A DNA stretch of 64,000 bases from Camelus dromedarius. Taxonomy: Eukaryota. Numbering within the stretch: the stretch's first letter is position 1; each line of letters starts with the position of its first letter. Position numbers and translations under genes: made by a program. Of the stretch, positions 1 through 13,600 are shown in pieces. The stretch is taken from the NCBI RefSeq assembly GCF_036321535.1, contig NC_087444.1, positions 69,254,001 through 69,318,000 on the forward strand, in the 5' to 3' direction. The notes below the pieces were generated by a model, which was not told the origin of the DNA, ran no database searches, and saw nothing but the letters and a program-made list of their open reading frames with translations.

Positions 1-395
1 ATAGCCAAGACATGGGAGCAACCTAAATGTCCCTTGACAAATGAATGGAGAAAGAAGGTGTGAGACAGATATACACACACACACACATATATATAAATGG
101 ACTACTCCTCAGCCATAAAAAAGAAATATTGCCATTTGCAGCAAAATGGATGGACCTAGAGTTTATCATACTAAATGAAGTCAGATAGAGAAAGACAAAT
201 ATCATTTGATATCACTTATATGTGGGATCCCCAAAAATGTTACAAATAAACTTATTTACAAAACAAATATAGACTCACAGACATGGAAACAAGCTTTTTA
301 GTTACCAAAGGGGAAAGGGAGAGGGGAGGGATAAATTAGGAGTTTGGGACTAACAGATACACACTACTATATATAAAATAGATAAACAACAAGAA
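1..395 (+). mobile_element. L1 3' end (artiodactyl-type), end of ORF2 plus 3'UTR
   Basis: aatggactactcctcagccataaaa...tggatggacctagag...A-rich tail. Confidence 0.85.
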
Positions 396-439
396 AAAAA
401 AGAGGAAGTTGCAGACAGCTTACTCAACACTAAAACCTT

Positions 440-740
440 CAGCTTGTACCTAAGAACAAGGACAGTCTCCTACAGAACCACAGTACAATTTCTCACTTGG
501 GAAATTTAACATGGATATGATACTATTTATTAGCTAATCTGCAGTCCATATTCCAACTTCCCCAGTTATCCCACTCATGCCCTTTATGGATGTTCATATC
601 TCTACATATTTTTGATATATATACATATATATTCAACTTATATAGAGAGAATGTATATCTGTATACTTAAAATATCCAGGATCCAATTCAGGATCACACA
701 TTGCATTTATTAATATCTGTCAAATATATTCAGTCTCCTT
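440..740 (-). mobile_element. Old L1M (L1MC-like) 3' fragment
   Basis: accacagtacaatt...cagtccatattc...caggatcacacattgcatt. Confidence 0.6.
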
Positions 741-954
741 TAATCTGGATCTCAATGGTAAATTCTTTGTAAATTTTAAGCAGTGTTTTCCAAAAATTTA
801 AAAACTAGAATCCGCCATAAAAAAAATTAAGTTAAAAAAATTACATTTTGATTCGGCACACAATACACTTACATTTAAAAGACACAGTTTGAGAACTTAC
901 AACCTGTCTGCCTTTGACTGAGAATGTCAGAATTTTCCAGGTATTTTTCAGACT

Positions 955-1195
955 TTCATGATGGCAACCCAGAATAAGAAACACCTTTTACATAGTAACC
1001 TGTTCCACACACACACACACACATTGACACAAAAGCATTGTTTAACTATACTTACCCTTACTACATTCAGTTACTCTGATATTTTCTATTGTTTTCCATT
1101 TCAATCCTTAAAATGCCAGCCACAACCCAGCAAGCTGACTTCACAACCCATTAACAGGTCTGGATACACAATTTGAAAAGTCTGGGAACCTCTCC
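955..1195. mobile_element. Ancient hAT-like non-autonomous DNA element (similar copies near 19570-19760 and 29990-30120)
   Basis: atacttacccttact...ctctgatattttctatt...tttgaaaa shared among copies; family not assigned. Confidence 0.5.
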
Positions 1196-1452
1196 CTGGG
1201 TTAGCGGATAATAAAGCGCTCGGTGAACTTTGCCGGGATTTGTGGCCGACAGATTATTGCCCAAAGGACTCCTTAAACTGAAGTATGCTTTATAAACTGC
1301 AGCAAAACTTTGTGGTTGGTGCCATGCTGTGTACACTGCAGAGTCCCGCCCCCTCGGCAGCCGTCCCGCCCACCCCCAGCGGGATCCCTTGGCCCCACCG
1401 CGGGCCCATCCTCTGAGCCTGTGCCCCGCCCTCCCCAGCGGGCAGCACCCAC

Positions 1453-1642
1453 CTTTCTTTTTGTCCGGAGCCTCGCGGTCTGCCGGCCGCCCACCCCCAG
1501 ACAGGCGGAAGGAGCCCTCGCGGGCGAAGCTGGTGCGGCTGGCGTCGAAGGCGGCGGTGACCCCGCATTCCTTCTCCCGCCGCTGTTTCCGCTCCAGGCA
1601 GGCGGCGAACGCGCAGCCCACGGCGTGGCTCAGCCTCTCGCC
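1453..1642 (-). CDS. NUMBL: NUMBL exon 7 ([47 protein letters not shown]...DKKK)
   Basis: cccag|GGC ... AAA G|gtgggt, 190 nt. Confidence 0.97.
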
Positions 1643-4600
1643 CTGGGGGAAGAGTTTGGGGCGGGCTTAGCGGCGCTGCGCTGTGCGGACTGGACGGCCG
1701 GAGCCCTGGGTTCCAGCAGCTGGGTGCTGGGTGACCCCTGATGCGTCCCTTCACCTCTCTGGGCCTCAGGGCCCATCTGCACATCGTATATGTGGAAAAT
1801 CATAAAGGATTTACAATTGGTGCAAATAAATAAATTCAGCAAAATTGCAGGGGGTAAAGTTTTGCAAATCACATAGCTGGTAAGAGTCTAGTATCCAGAA
1901 TATATAGTGAGCTCTTACAGCTTAACAAAAAGACAAACAACCCAAATAAAAATGAGTAAAGGAGCTGAATAGATATTTCTCAAAAAAAGATACACAAATG
2001 GACAATAAGTACATGAAAATATGTTCAACATTGTTATCCATTAGGGAAATACACATCAAAACCACAATGAGATAGCACTTCACACCTATAAGACGGTTAT
2101 AAAAAATATATATATCGGCAAGGATGTGGAGAAATTGAAACCCTCATACACTGCTAGTGGGAATGTAAAATGGGGCAGCCACCATGGAAAACAACTTGGC
2201 AATTACTCAAAAGATTAAACATAAATTTACTACAGGAATGTAAATTAATTATATTATACTATGTAATATAATTTATACTGTAAATACTATTATACTATAA
2301 ATATAATATATTTTAATACTATATAATATAAATATAAATTTACTATATTATATGATATTATTTAATAACAATTACATTCCTGGGTATATACCCAGAAGAA
2401 TTAAAAACAGGTATTCATGGGGGAAGGGTATAGCTCAAGTGGTAGAGCGCATGCTTAGCATGTACAAGGTCCTGGGTTCAATCCCCAGTACTTCCATTGA
2501 AAAAACCAAATAAAGAAACAGAATNNNNNNNNNNNNNNNNNNNNNNNNNNNNNNNNNNNNNNNNNNNNNNNNNNNNNNNNNNNNNNNNNNNNNNNNNNNN
2601 NNNNNNNNNNNNNNNNNNNNNNNNNNNNNNNNNNNNNNNNNNNNNNNNNNNNNNNNNNNNNNNNNNNNNNNNNNNNNNNNNNNNNNNNNNNNNNNNNNNN
2701 NNNNNNNNNNNNNNNNNNNNNNNNNNNNNNNNNNNNNNNNNNNNNNNNNNNNNNNNNNNNNNNNNNNNNNNNNNNNNNNNNNNNNNNNNNNNNNNNNNNN
2801 NNNNNNNNNNNAGTGTATGATTCAATTTGTATGAATTATCCAGAAAAGCTAACTCCATAGAGACAGAAATCAGATTAGCATTTGCCAAGGGCTGGGGTGG
2901 GGGTGGTGGACAGGGGCAGTGACTACTACTTAAAGAGCATGAGGTCTCTTTTAGGAGTGATGTTTGGAACTAGATCGAGGTGATGGTTAAACAGCATTGT
3001 GAATGTCTACATGCCATTGAATTGTACAGTTTAACATGATTAATTTTACGTGAATTTCACACACACACACAAAAGTTAAACTTGGGGAATCCTGGGAATT
3101 CTACTGATTCATGCTTAAAACCCAAAGCTCAGAAGTGGGAAGGAATTCAGCCACTGTCACACTCTACCCAGAGGAGACAGCCCTGCTCTTTTCTTGCTTT
3201 GATTCTCACCTCCAGATACTTTTCAAAGGACAGCAACTGTTCCTATTTCCTAAACACTTATTACAGGATACTGTTAAGAGCTTTCTGTGTGTGACCATAA
3301 TGAATGCTTTCTTGTGAGCAGCCACTGTTATTATCCCCATTTTATAGAGGAGGAAACTGAGTCCCAGCAAGAAGAAGCCATTTGTGCCTAAGGTCCCGCA
3401 GCCAGCTGATTTGATACCAAATTCACACTAACCATGAGGCCGTGTATTTTCCAAAAATAGCCACAACAAATTTCTGGCCCCACGTGGTCTTCCAGAATCT
3501 TGTCACTCCCCAATCAGAGGTGGAGTCTTTATTCTCTTCCCTTAGCCCTGGAAGACCTCTGTGACTGCCTGGACAGACAGAATACCCCAAAAGCAATGCT
3601 GAGCAGTTTCCAAGACCAAGTTGAGAAAGGCAACACAGCCTCCTGGCTCAGTCTGCTCTCCCCTGGTTTGAGGAAGTGGGGGGTATCAACAAGTTTTGGG
3701 AGCTCAGGGCTATTTGGAGTTGGAATTTCTGAAAGTGAAGGAAAGGATGGGAAATCTTTGAGTGGAGACTGTTTGGGTTTGAGATGGACAGCTTCTGTTT
3801 TACTTAACCATTCCCCCTGCTTTGATAACAGCACCCCAAATACCCTCTGGAGAACTCCTCTTCAACACTGGATAAATCAGTCTGGGTGCTCCATCCTCCT
3901 CAGCCAACGAGAAAACAGTGACCCAAGCTAGGTGAATCCCATACCCTCTCTTTAGAATTTGAACCCTGAGCGTTGAGAGGTGGATTCATCTTTGCAGTGG
4001 TGCCTTAAAGGAACTGTCCCCTGGTAGAGCCTGAGGGAGTCCACTGGGGGCAGGAAATTCTACAATTTGACCCAGTCTGCCCGGCTCTCTGCTCCTTCTG
4101 ATGCTTAATAAAGACTATATTTTCCACCTGTTGCAGCCAGGGATGCCCATGTAACTAGGTTCTGGCCAACAGTATGTAACTGGAAGTGGGTACACACCTC
4201 CCAAAAAAGCAGAGGGTGTGCCCCTCTTCTTGCAGCCCTCCTTTACATGGTTGGGATGAAGATGAGAAGGCTGGAGCATGTGCATTCATCTTGGACCATG
4301 GAGTGGAAGCCATACTCCAGCATAGCAACAAGATAAAAGGAGAGAGGAGCCACACCAGTGCTGCACTGCTTGCCTATGGATGTCTTTCACATGAAACGGA
4401 AACAAACTTCTATTTCACCAAAATCACTGGTATCTGGGGATTTTCTGTCACACACCTCAGAATCCTGTGAGAATGCTCCTCAGAAGATAGTCCATTTGTC
4501 ACTTTCATCAGATTCTCAGAGGGGACCTTGCCTTCCCCCCACCCCCGCCCAAATATAAAGAACCACAGGAAAAATGAATCGAGGCTGAAGGGAAGAGTGG

Positions 4601-7600
4601 GTATGGGGGTGGAGAGTATTGTTTCAGATGGGCCCAAACGGGCTGCCGGGGACAGGAAACCCTACCACTTGACCTGGGTGGGGTTCAAAAATAAGCAAAA
4701 ATTCATGGAGCTGTTGCCCAGGCCATCTGTGCATGTTAGTGTATGTATATAATCTTCAATGAGAAAAGTTGAGAAACATGAAGAACTATTGATAGCAAGG
4801 AGGAGGAGGATAACTAATGTTTTCCTGAGTGTTTCCTAAGTGCCGGGCATTATTCCAAATATTCTGTATTAACTCCCTCAAGTTTCACAATAATCCTGTA
4901 AGTTAGGGGCTGTGAGTACACCCCCTTTGCCAGATGAGGACACGGCACGGATAACGTGGACAGGTAAGGTGAGCGACTTGCCCAACTGCACACAGCCGGT
5001 TGGGGGTGGGGCTGGGATGCTGGGACACGGGAGAGAAGAGTCAGCAGGTTTTGGGGGTTTGGTGATACTCACGGAGTCCTTGAGCGCCAGGAAACAGTGG
5101 CAGATCCAGCGGCGGGTAGTCCCATCACGGCAGATGTAGGAGAAAGCCTTGTCCAGGTTGCGGTCCGGAGCACAAAAGGAGACTTTTTCAATGGTCTGAT
5201 CTACCAGCAGGTCCTGGGAGGGGCCGGGGAGGCCAAGAAAGGAACGTGAACTGTCTTTCATGCATTCATCCAACATTCCCTTAGTGTCTGCTCTATATCC
5301 TGTCCTGAGCAGGGTGGGGACCCTGCACTTGTTGAAACAGCTGTGGGCCCTGCTCACATGGGGCTCCCAGTTTAGTGTGGGAATCAGACCCATCACCAGA
5401 TGGAGACAGGCCAGAGTCACAGCCAGGCTGTAATGAGGGAGGCACAGGCTGAGGGGTCAGGGCTGGGATCGGGGGAGCACAGGGGCCTTCAGGAGCAAGA
5501 GGAGGTGACTGGCCCAGGCTGGGGGGAGTCAGGCAAAGCTTCCTGGAGGAGGTATTAACTAGGCAAAAAGGCAGGGAAAAGAATTTCAGGCTGGGGGGAA
5601 TGCCTGTGCAAAGGCATCAATCCTGTTCAGTCATTAACCTATAACTGTCATCATGTGCTGGCTGCCTCCCAGGGCAGTCTCTGGGCTAAGGGCAGGGAAT
5701 TCATTGGTGAGTAAACAGGTACCCAGATCCTGGCCCGTGGTGCCCCCGTCTGGCCAGGTAGACCGACAATAAGGACATAATAGCTAAACTTTATTGATTG
5801 GAACACTTACACTGTACCAGGCATAGTTTTAAACTATTTGCATATACTTTCTCACTTAATGGTAGGGTCCACTTTTATCCCCATTTTACAGATGATGCAA
5901 GTGAGGCACGGAAGGGTTAAATCTCATACCCCCTCATACCCGAGGTCACCAAGCTGGTAAGTGGGTGAGCTGGGATCTGAGCTGAGGTGTCTGCTCTAGT
6001 CTGTGCTCTCACCCACCATCCATGCCAGTTCACAAATAGCCACAGGACTCAATCCTGAATTATGACTGTGAGATGTGCCAAGAAGTTACCAGAGCACATG
6101 GCTTCGTCCAGAAGGTCCCCGAGGGAGGGACATCCTAGAGGTGGGTGGGAAGGCGTCCTTGACCCCAATGAAGCTGGTTGAAGAGAGGCACCCACTGGTG
6201 CCCACTCCCAGACCCACGGGCCTCCTACCTTGGTCTTGTCATCAACCACTCGGAGCCCATCGGCTGACACCCACAGGACGGACTTCACAGACTTCCGGCC
6301 CATCTGGATGGAGGAGGAGGACAGAGGGCATGGTCAGGGCTGCCTCTTCCAGTCTGACCTTGCCCCTTCCCTGCTCCAGCCCCTCACTCACCGCCTTCAG
6401 CTTCTTCACAGCATCTTCACACACATGCATCCCCCGAGACTCCTCTACCTCCACGTGGCCCAGGTACTTGGTGGGGAGGGGATGGGAGAAATAAGCACAG
6501 TAATTAATAATTCCTGGTGTTCACTGAGCCACTGCGATGCATCACACAATGTCTTAAGCACATCATATGTATTGCCTCATTTACTCTGCACCTCAGCTCT
6601 ACAAGGTGGGTACCTCATTCTTATCCCAGGAACACTGGGATAAGCACAGCATGTAGTAGTGATTCCCACCCTGCCTCTCTCCCTAGGCCTTCTTAACATG
6701 TCACTTGTGTCCTTCAGAGTGCCAGTGTCTGCATCTGCACCTGAAGACTGACCCCATGCAATGACTGATGGGAGCTGGGGTACATATGTCCCAGCTCCCT
6801 CACCCCATGGGTGGGAGGCTCTGTTTTCCAGAATTCTCTAGGGGCATCAAGCTCAGTTACCAACAACTATAGTTTAGTGAGACACCCTTTATTAGCTGCC
6901 TTCCCTTCTTCACTCTCACCAGCATTTCCTGTACTTCTCAGTGGACTCTTCACACTTAAGGTCCGCTTCTAGGGGAAGGGAAACTAAGGCGGGGCATCCT
7001 CTGTTGTCACCCAGCCAGGAAGGGATGGAGTGGGGATTTGAACCTGAATCCTGCTGTCTTCCTTATAAAAGTATAGTCTGTGTTGTGAAGGATCATGGTG
7101 GTCTAAACCAGAAAGCACTTAACAGCAGAGGGTTTTGCAAATGCTACATAATTTTTGTGACCTTCCAGTGCCCCCTGTAAATTGTGAGCTCCCACATAAC
7201 TGCGTGACTCCGGGCAGAACGCGCCCCCTCCCCTGTCAACCCCGCCCCAGATAATATTTTCCTGGTACCAGAGAATGTGTCCTGGTTTTTAACCCCAACT
7301 TTGAAGGACCCACGTCATGGGGTCCTGCTTCTGCAGGATCCACAATTCTATGAGGATGTGAAGTCTCTTCCACATAGAACAAGGTCTCAGCCAACTCACC
7401 CGGCACAGACACGCATGCGCACAGCGAACCGCTGGTACACAGCCGCGGCCCCGCCCACGCGAGCCCCGCCCACTCACCCTGACCTGGAAGCTGCACGTGC
7501 CCTTGCGCACCGCGTCTTCATCCGCCTGCCACTGGTGTGGGCGCGATGCCTCGGGCACATACGCTGGCTTCCGCCTCCGCAGGCTCTGCCGTAGCTTGTT

Positions 7601-10600
7601 CATAGTGCCCACCCCGTCTGCTGACAAAGGACAGGGGTGAGAGTCAAGGCGAGGGTGAGTCATGGGGCTCAAGGTGGGGGGACACAGTGCTCAGGGAGCA
7701 TGGGGTCAGATAACATGAGAGTTGGGTAAGAGGGTTAGGGGATCACTGGGTCAGAGGACGTGACATTCAGGGGACCAAGAGCAGTCAGTAGACACCAGGA
7801 AAGGGGACGCTAAGGCAGGGGAGTGGGAGAATCAGCAGTGGGGATTCAGAAGATGTGGGACTAAGGGGAAAGGAGGTCTGGGGTGGAGGGGCCGTGAGTC
7901 ACAGGTTTGAGGGGTCTGGAGATTGGGGATGTGACAGGCAAGAGGCATGAGGATCCAAACTAACAGGAAGTTAAGGCAGTAGACGGCACGGGGGGTAGAG
8001 GGCATAGAAGTCAGAGGTCATGAAGTCAGGGATTTTAGGGGTTTGGGGTCAGGGGGTGAGGTAGTCAGAGGGCAAAAGTGTTGGGAGTTGCATGGGTCCC
8101 ATGTGGGGGAACCCAGGTCCAGAGATTGAGGTCCAGAGCCCAAGCCAGAGGGTATCGGGGGCAGGAGCTGGTCTCTGGGACCCTGAGCTTCCTCCCCTCT
8201 GAAAACTGTGTCAACCCCAAGGCACCCAGGGTGGGGCTGCACCTGAAATGTCAGAGGTAGCGGTGAGGGTGGAGGTGGCCAGCCACTGAGACAGTCTTCC
8301 CTGACGAAGAGTGTCTTCGCTGACTGATAAGCCATCCTGACAGTCCTAGGAGGCTGAGGGGAAACCCCAAACAGAGCACCAACAGGAGATGGGGACTTTG
8401 TGCATGTGCAAGCAAGTGTGCAGTAGGTGTGTTCCCGGGTGTCTAGATCTGAGCACGCAGCTCTTGTCTGTGAGCGTGTGTATATCTGAAGGCTGTACAG
8501 GAGGACGCAGGTCTGAGAATGGCTGTTGATGTGTGTGTCTGTGAACTGCTGCCCATGGCGGGGGGTGGTCTGTGTCCAAGAACGTGGTTGTTGTCTGTGA
8601 GTATAGGACCCTGAGGCTTGTTGCTGTACAGTATCTATGTGTGAGAGTGGCGGTGAGTATGAATGTTATGTGAATGTGGGGATGGATCTGTGTTTGAGCA
8701 TGGAGCTGTTGTTTTTGAAAGTGTGTCCGTAACTGTTGTCTTTGAAGCTGTGTGTCCATGTGAGGGTGTGGCAACTGTCTTTGATGACTGTTGCCCATGA
8801 CAGTGTGTGTCTGTGAGAGTTACCCAGAGCACCGTGTCTCTTCAGGAGTGTGGTTGTTGTTGGTGAGGCTATGTGTCTGTGGCTGTTGGTTGTGAGGGTG
8901 TGTCCGAGTCAGATCATGTGGCTGTTGTTGCAGAGTATGGTTCCATGAGTGTGGTTCTGTGGGTGGGGCTGTATGCGTCCCTGTGTCTGTGAGGGTGTGT
9001 AAGACTGTGAGCTTATTGTCTTCGAGAGTGTGTTCATGTTACTTTTGAGGGGGTGATTATGTGAGAATGTGGCTGTGGTCTGAGAGTGCTGAGTATTATT
9101 TGTTTTTTTTGTTTGTTTTTTTTATAGAAGTATAGTCAGTTTACAATGGTGTGTCAGTTTCTGGTGTACAGCATAACAGTTCAGTCATACACATACATAC
9201 ATATATTTTTTTCACGTTCATTTTCATTATAGGTTACCACAAGATATTGAACATAGTTCCCTGTGTTGTACAGTATAAACTTCTTGTTTATCTATTTTAT
9301 ATATAGTAGTTAGTATCTGCCAATCTCAAACTCCTAATTTATCCCTTCCCACCCCCTTCCGCTGCTAGTAACCATAAGTTTGTTTTCTATGTCTGTGAGC
9401 TGTCTCTGTTTTGTAAATAAGTTCATTTGTCTTTTTTTTTTTTAGATTCCACATATTAGTGATATCATATGGTACTTTTCTTTCTCATTCTGTCTTACTT
9501 CACTTAGAATGACAATCTCCAGGTCCATCCATGTTGCTGCAAATGGCATTATTTTATTATTTTTTATGGCTGAGTAGTATTCCATTGAGTATTATCTGTG
9601 AGACTGTGTCTGTGTGCAAAAGTGTAGCCGTTTGTGAAGGCAGGAGCACACATGTGCTGTCTGGGAGGCTGTGTCCGCTGGTGAAAGTGTGGCTGTTGTC
9701 TGTAAAGTGCGGGTCAGTGTGTGTTGTCAGGGAATCTGTGTGAGAGTGCTCCCTTAAAACTCACTGAGTCTGTATCTGGTGAGTGTCTGTGGTCGCCTGT
9801 GAGGGAGTCTGGGTGTTGTCTAGGATTGTGTCTGTATATTTGTGTGACCCTGCACCTGTGGGTGTGGGGATGTTGGTGTGTGTCTGAGTGTCCAAGTGTG
9901 AGTGTGTCTATGAACGCAGTCAGCAAGTGTGCAGGGAAGACATGTGAGGGTGTCCACTCACGAATGTGATTAAGCCTGTGTGACTGCAGGGACAGTTCCT
10001 CTGGCAGCGCTAGGCAGACCCACCCACTCACTCAGCTCTTGCCCTGTTCCCAGCTGGCCACTCACCTGGCTCCGTCCTGGAGGTTTCAGGGGGCCCCAGG
10101 GCCCCAAAGGGGGCAGGGGGCAGATGCTGCTCAGGCCTCCTGGGTCCGCCCTGCCCAAAGGAGGGAGGAAAAGTTGAGAAGCTGGCCTGGGGTGGGCTCA
10201 GTCCCCAACCTCACCCAGTCTTTGGACATCAAGCAACCCCCCTCCATCTCAGGATACCCTAGGAGAGCCCTGGTTGTCATAGCAACTACTACTAAGGCGA
10301 TCAGCCACCTGGTTGCAATGAGTAGATGTGTTTCGGAGGCATGTGTTGGGGATGTCCTGGCCTCAGGAGGCCCTCAGTACCCAAGGGGCTGGTGTGACAG
10401 GGAGTGGCCTTGCCCTCTAGACACACGTCCAGGGCTGTACACACACATACAGTCACGTGTATCCAGGCAACTCCTGGTTCCACTTGTCCCCAGCCCCTGT
10501 ACATTTAGTTACACACAGACACAACCACAGCTACACACATCGGATCACACAGCTACGCATCAACAGTCACAGCCACTATAAATATATGGCCACATACCTA

Positions 10601-13600
10601 TGTTTGCAAACACATAGTCTCTACTACAGATGTCTGTCCATGGGCATTTAGATTCCCAGCCTGCCTTGGTGCTGCCACAGACATCTGGGCATATCAGCCA
10701 CTGATATCTGGTCACTTCTGTTTTCTCTGCCACGTACAAAGAGCTGGGTCCAGGCACACCCAGTGGGGCAGCCCATGTACAACCACACCCAAGGATAGTT
10801 GTTTCCTCAGGTACCCACCCAAGATACTCATGTCACAGACTCACCCAAGGAGAAGCACACCCAGCCAGAGGTCACCTGTCAGCACCGAGTCACATACACT
10901 GGTCACACACAGCTCCCCTGCTGCCTGTGGACATCTGGTCATGGATGCATGCAGACATACTGACAAACACGTGGTTGCACCCAGCCACACCCAGCCCCAG
11001 CACATGTGTTTAATCATCAGCAGACACACAACTGCCCAAGGACACTCAACCCCAACTGGATCAGTCACGCCAGCACACCTTTTTGGTGACACACTGTCAC
11101 AGTCACACATCCCAGTCACAGAGGCACACATTTGGTCACCGTCTCAGCCACACTTAGATGGACGGTCCTCCAGACTCTGTCCCACACAGAGACCCCAGTG
11201 GCCACGGCTCATGCATTAGAAAGAAACGGGCATGCACACTCAAGACATACAAACAACCATTCAGAGACAGCTGTCCCCAAGGACAGCCACCCTCAGACAA
11301 CAGCCAGACAGTCAGTGGCTCAGAGTCATACCCGTACACATTTCAGAAACAGTCACGTATGCAAAGTCACACAGCATCAGTGTCCACAGTACCCAGCCAG
11401 ATATCCCGGTCATAGTGCATTTATCCACAGTCACCCAACATGCCGTCCCCAGCTGTACCATGTCATAGCATCACAGAGGAACACAGTCTCTCCTCCTGCA
11501 AACACGTAAGTCCCACAGACAGGTATGGGGCCCCATGTGGACCAACACACAAGATCTCACACAGCACATGATTTCCATTCCCCACACACAAGTGCACAGT
11601 CAGGTATATGCTCTAAATGCAGTGACCCCGACAGAGCACTTTTATAGCTGTGTTTACACAGAACAGGGTTCCAGATAGAGCCACGTATACAGTCAGGAAA
11701 CAGTCACTCTGTCACTAAATCACGCAGATTCAAACGTAAGTAGCCCAGCACACATTCAGGGACACACACACCCCGGCCCCAAACAGCCACACAGCTATAG
11801 ACACACACTCTTATAGACCACGACACAGATACGAGTACCCAGAGTCACCCAGGGTCACAGACATGCAGGTCACACACAGACATGGAAGCCAGTCACATAC
11901 ACCCACCCCCAGAAACACACACAATTACCTGGTGCCACCACACATAGACACCTACAGCTTGAGTCACACGCAACGAAATAACCCACTATTAATAGTCCGT
12001 TGGGGTTTCAGACCCCAAGTCAAATACGAAACCCAAATCACACATACACAACTATAAATGCATACAGTCACTCAGTATCAACACACAGAGCTAGATGCAA
12101 TCATTTACACAACCCTGGTCACACAGAGATGTGGCTGTGAACACACAAACACAAACATACAAGTCAGAGTGCCAGCACACAACCTGTCACGTAAGCACAA
12201 CGTAACTTCGTATACAATGGCAGTCATACACTCAGAGTTGCCAGCACAGTTGTGTGTCCCACAAACACGTGTGTGACACACACATAAAATCAGTTATAGA
12301 CACAACCACAAACATTTGAAGTCATTAGGACAGTCGCACATGGACATAGAGTCATAGACACAACTCCACTTACAGTCACAACTCCACTCACATCTTCAGT
12401 CAGCCACACACATGCCCAACCCCAGACTCAACAGATATACTGTCACATACCTACTTATAGTTACTAAGACACATATATGGGTTCACAAAACACATAATCA
12501 CAGACACAACCACATAGCCACAGCCATGCCCACATGCAAACACAGACAGACTAAAAAGTATAGGGTTCTGCACAGTGAGGAGCTATCATACGCACATACA
12601 CAGTCACACAAATGCTGGGGTCACACACAATCACAGACACTATCAGACACAACCACAAGCACGAAACACACATACAAGATTCCTCATAGTCACCAACTAC
12701 AGCTCACACACATACACACACAGGCAGTCACAGTCACAAAAACACAGGGTCACACTCTTAGCCACCTCCCCATCGCTTGCTTTCCCCTTCCCCCCAGGTA
12801 GAACACACAAAGCCGCCAACACCGCAGACGCTGCGGACAGACAGGGCTGCACCGGGTCCCTGGGGAGCCGCTCCCTGGCCCAGCCTGAATCCTAAAGCCT
12901 GGGGGGCCAGAACCAGGAGGGGAAGGCGGCGCATTGTCTGCGGGTGGGGCCCCTCCCAGACAGCTGGGATGCCCCAGGGACAAAGGGGGTGGCCCAGGAG
13001 ACCCGTGCCCTGGGACCCTTGACTAAGCCCTTGATGGGGGTTGCCTGAAATTTCCTTTATTTTATTTAGGCTTGATGGGGCGGAGGCGGGGAGTCCCAGG
13101 CACAGAGAGCTTGTTTTGAGAAGGGGCTGTTCCTGGGACGCCGCCCAACGATTGGGGGGGATGCTATGCCCAGGACGCCTCTGAGGCTTGGGGACAGACT
13201 GTGCCTGGAATCTCCCAGGCCTTGGCTTGGTGGGGAAACTGCCCAGGGACCCCATCCTCAAGACCTTGCCTAGAGGGTTGTTGTGCTCAGAGACCTCCTT
13301 TCCTCAGGCAGGGAGGGGGAGGATTGCGTTTCGTCTGGAATCCCCTCCTGGAGGCCTTGTCTTGAAATAGGGGTTGTGTCCCAGACCCCAGACCCAAAAC
13401 CCTGCCTAGGGAGTTATACCTAGAATCTGTTCCCCTGTCTTTGATTTTTTTTGAGGGGGAGGTCTGAGTCTGGGATCTCGGTCTCCACGGCCTTGGCAGG
13501 AGAGGGCCTGTGCCTGAGACCCCTGTCTCCCAAGATTTGGCTTGGTCGGGAGCCTGTTCCTGGACCCCCACCCAGGACCACCCTCCCCAGCCTTGGCACC

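Larger units (their letters stand above)
1850..3070 (+). mobile_element. Old L1M 3' fragment interrupted by AT-rich insert, SINE and gap
   Basis: aaaaccacaatgagatagcacttcacacc...ggcaaggatgtggagaaattg...agagacagaaatcagattag. Confidence 0.8.

Noticed and set aside
2419-2495. tRNA-Ala(AGC) gene calls for this and the eight similar copies
   Set aside because: A-rich tails, target-site duplications, scattered mismatches and multi-copy dispersal identify them as SINEs.
12780-12900. Possible alternative NUMBL first exon with small hairpin CCGCAG-acg-CTGCGG
   Set aside because: CpG-enriched, but no convincing minus-strand donor identified.
8346-12983. Many 100-180 aa His/Thr- or Cys/Val-rich ORFs
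   Set aside because: By-products of CA/TG low-complexity tracts that lack stop codons; no splice or homology support.
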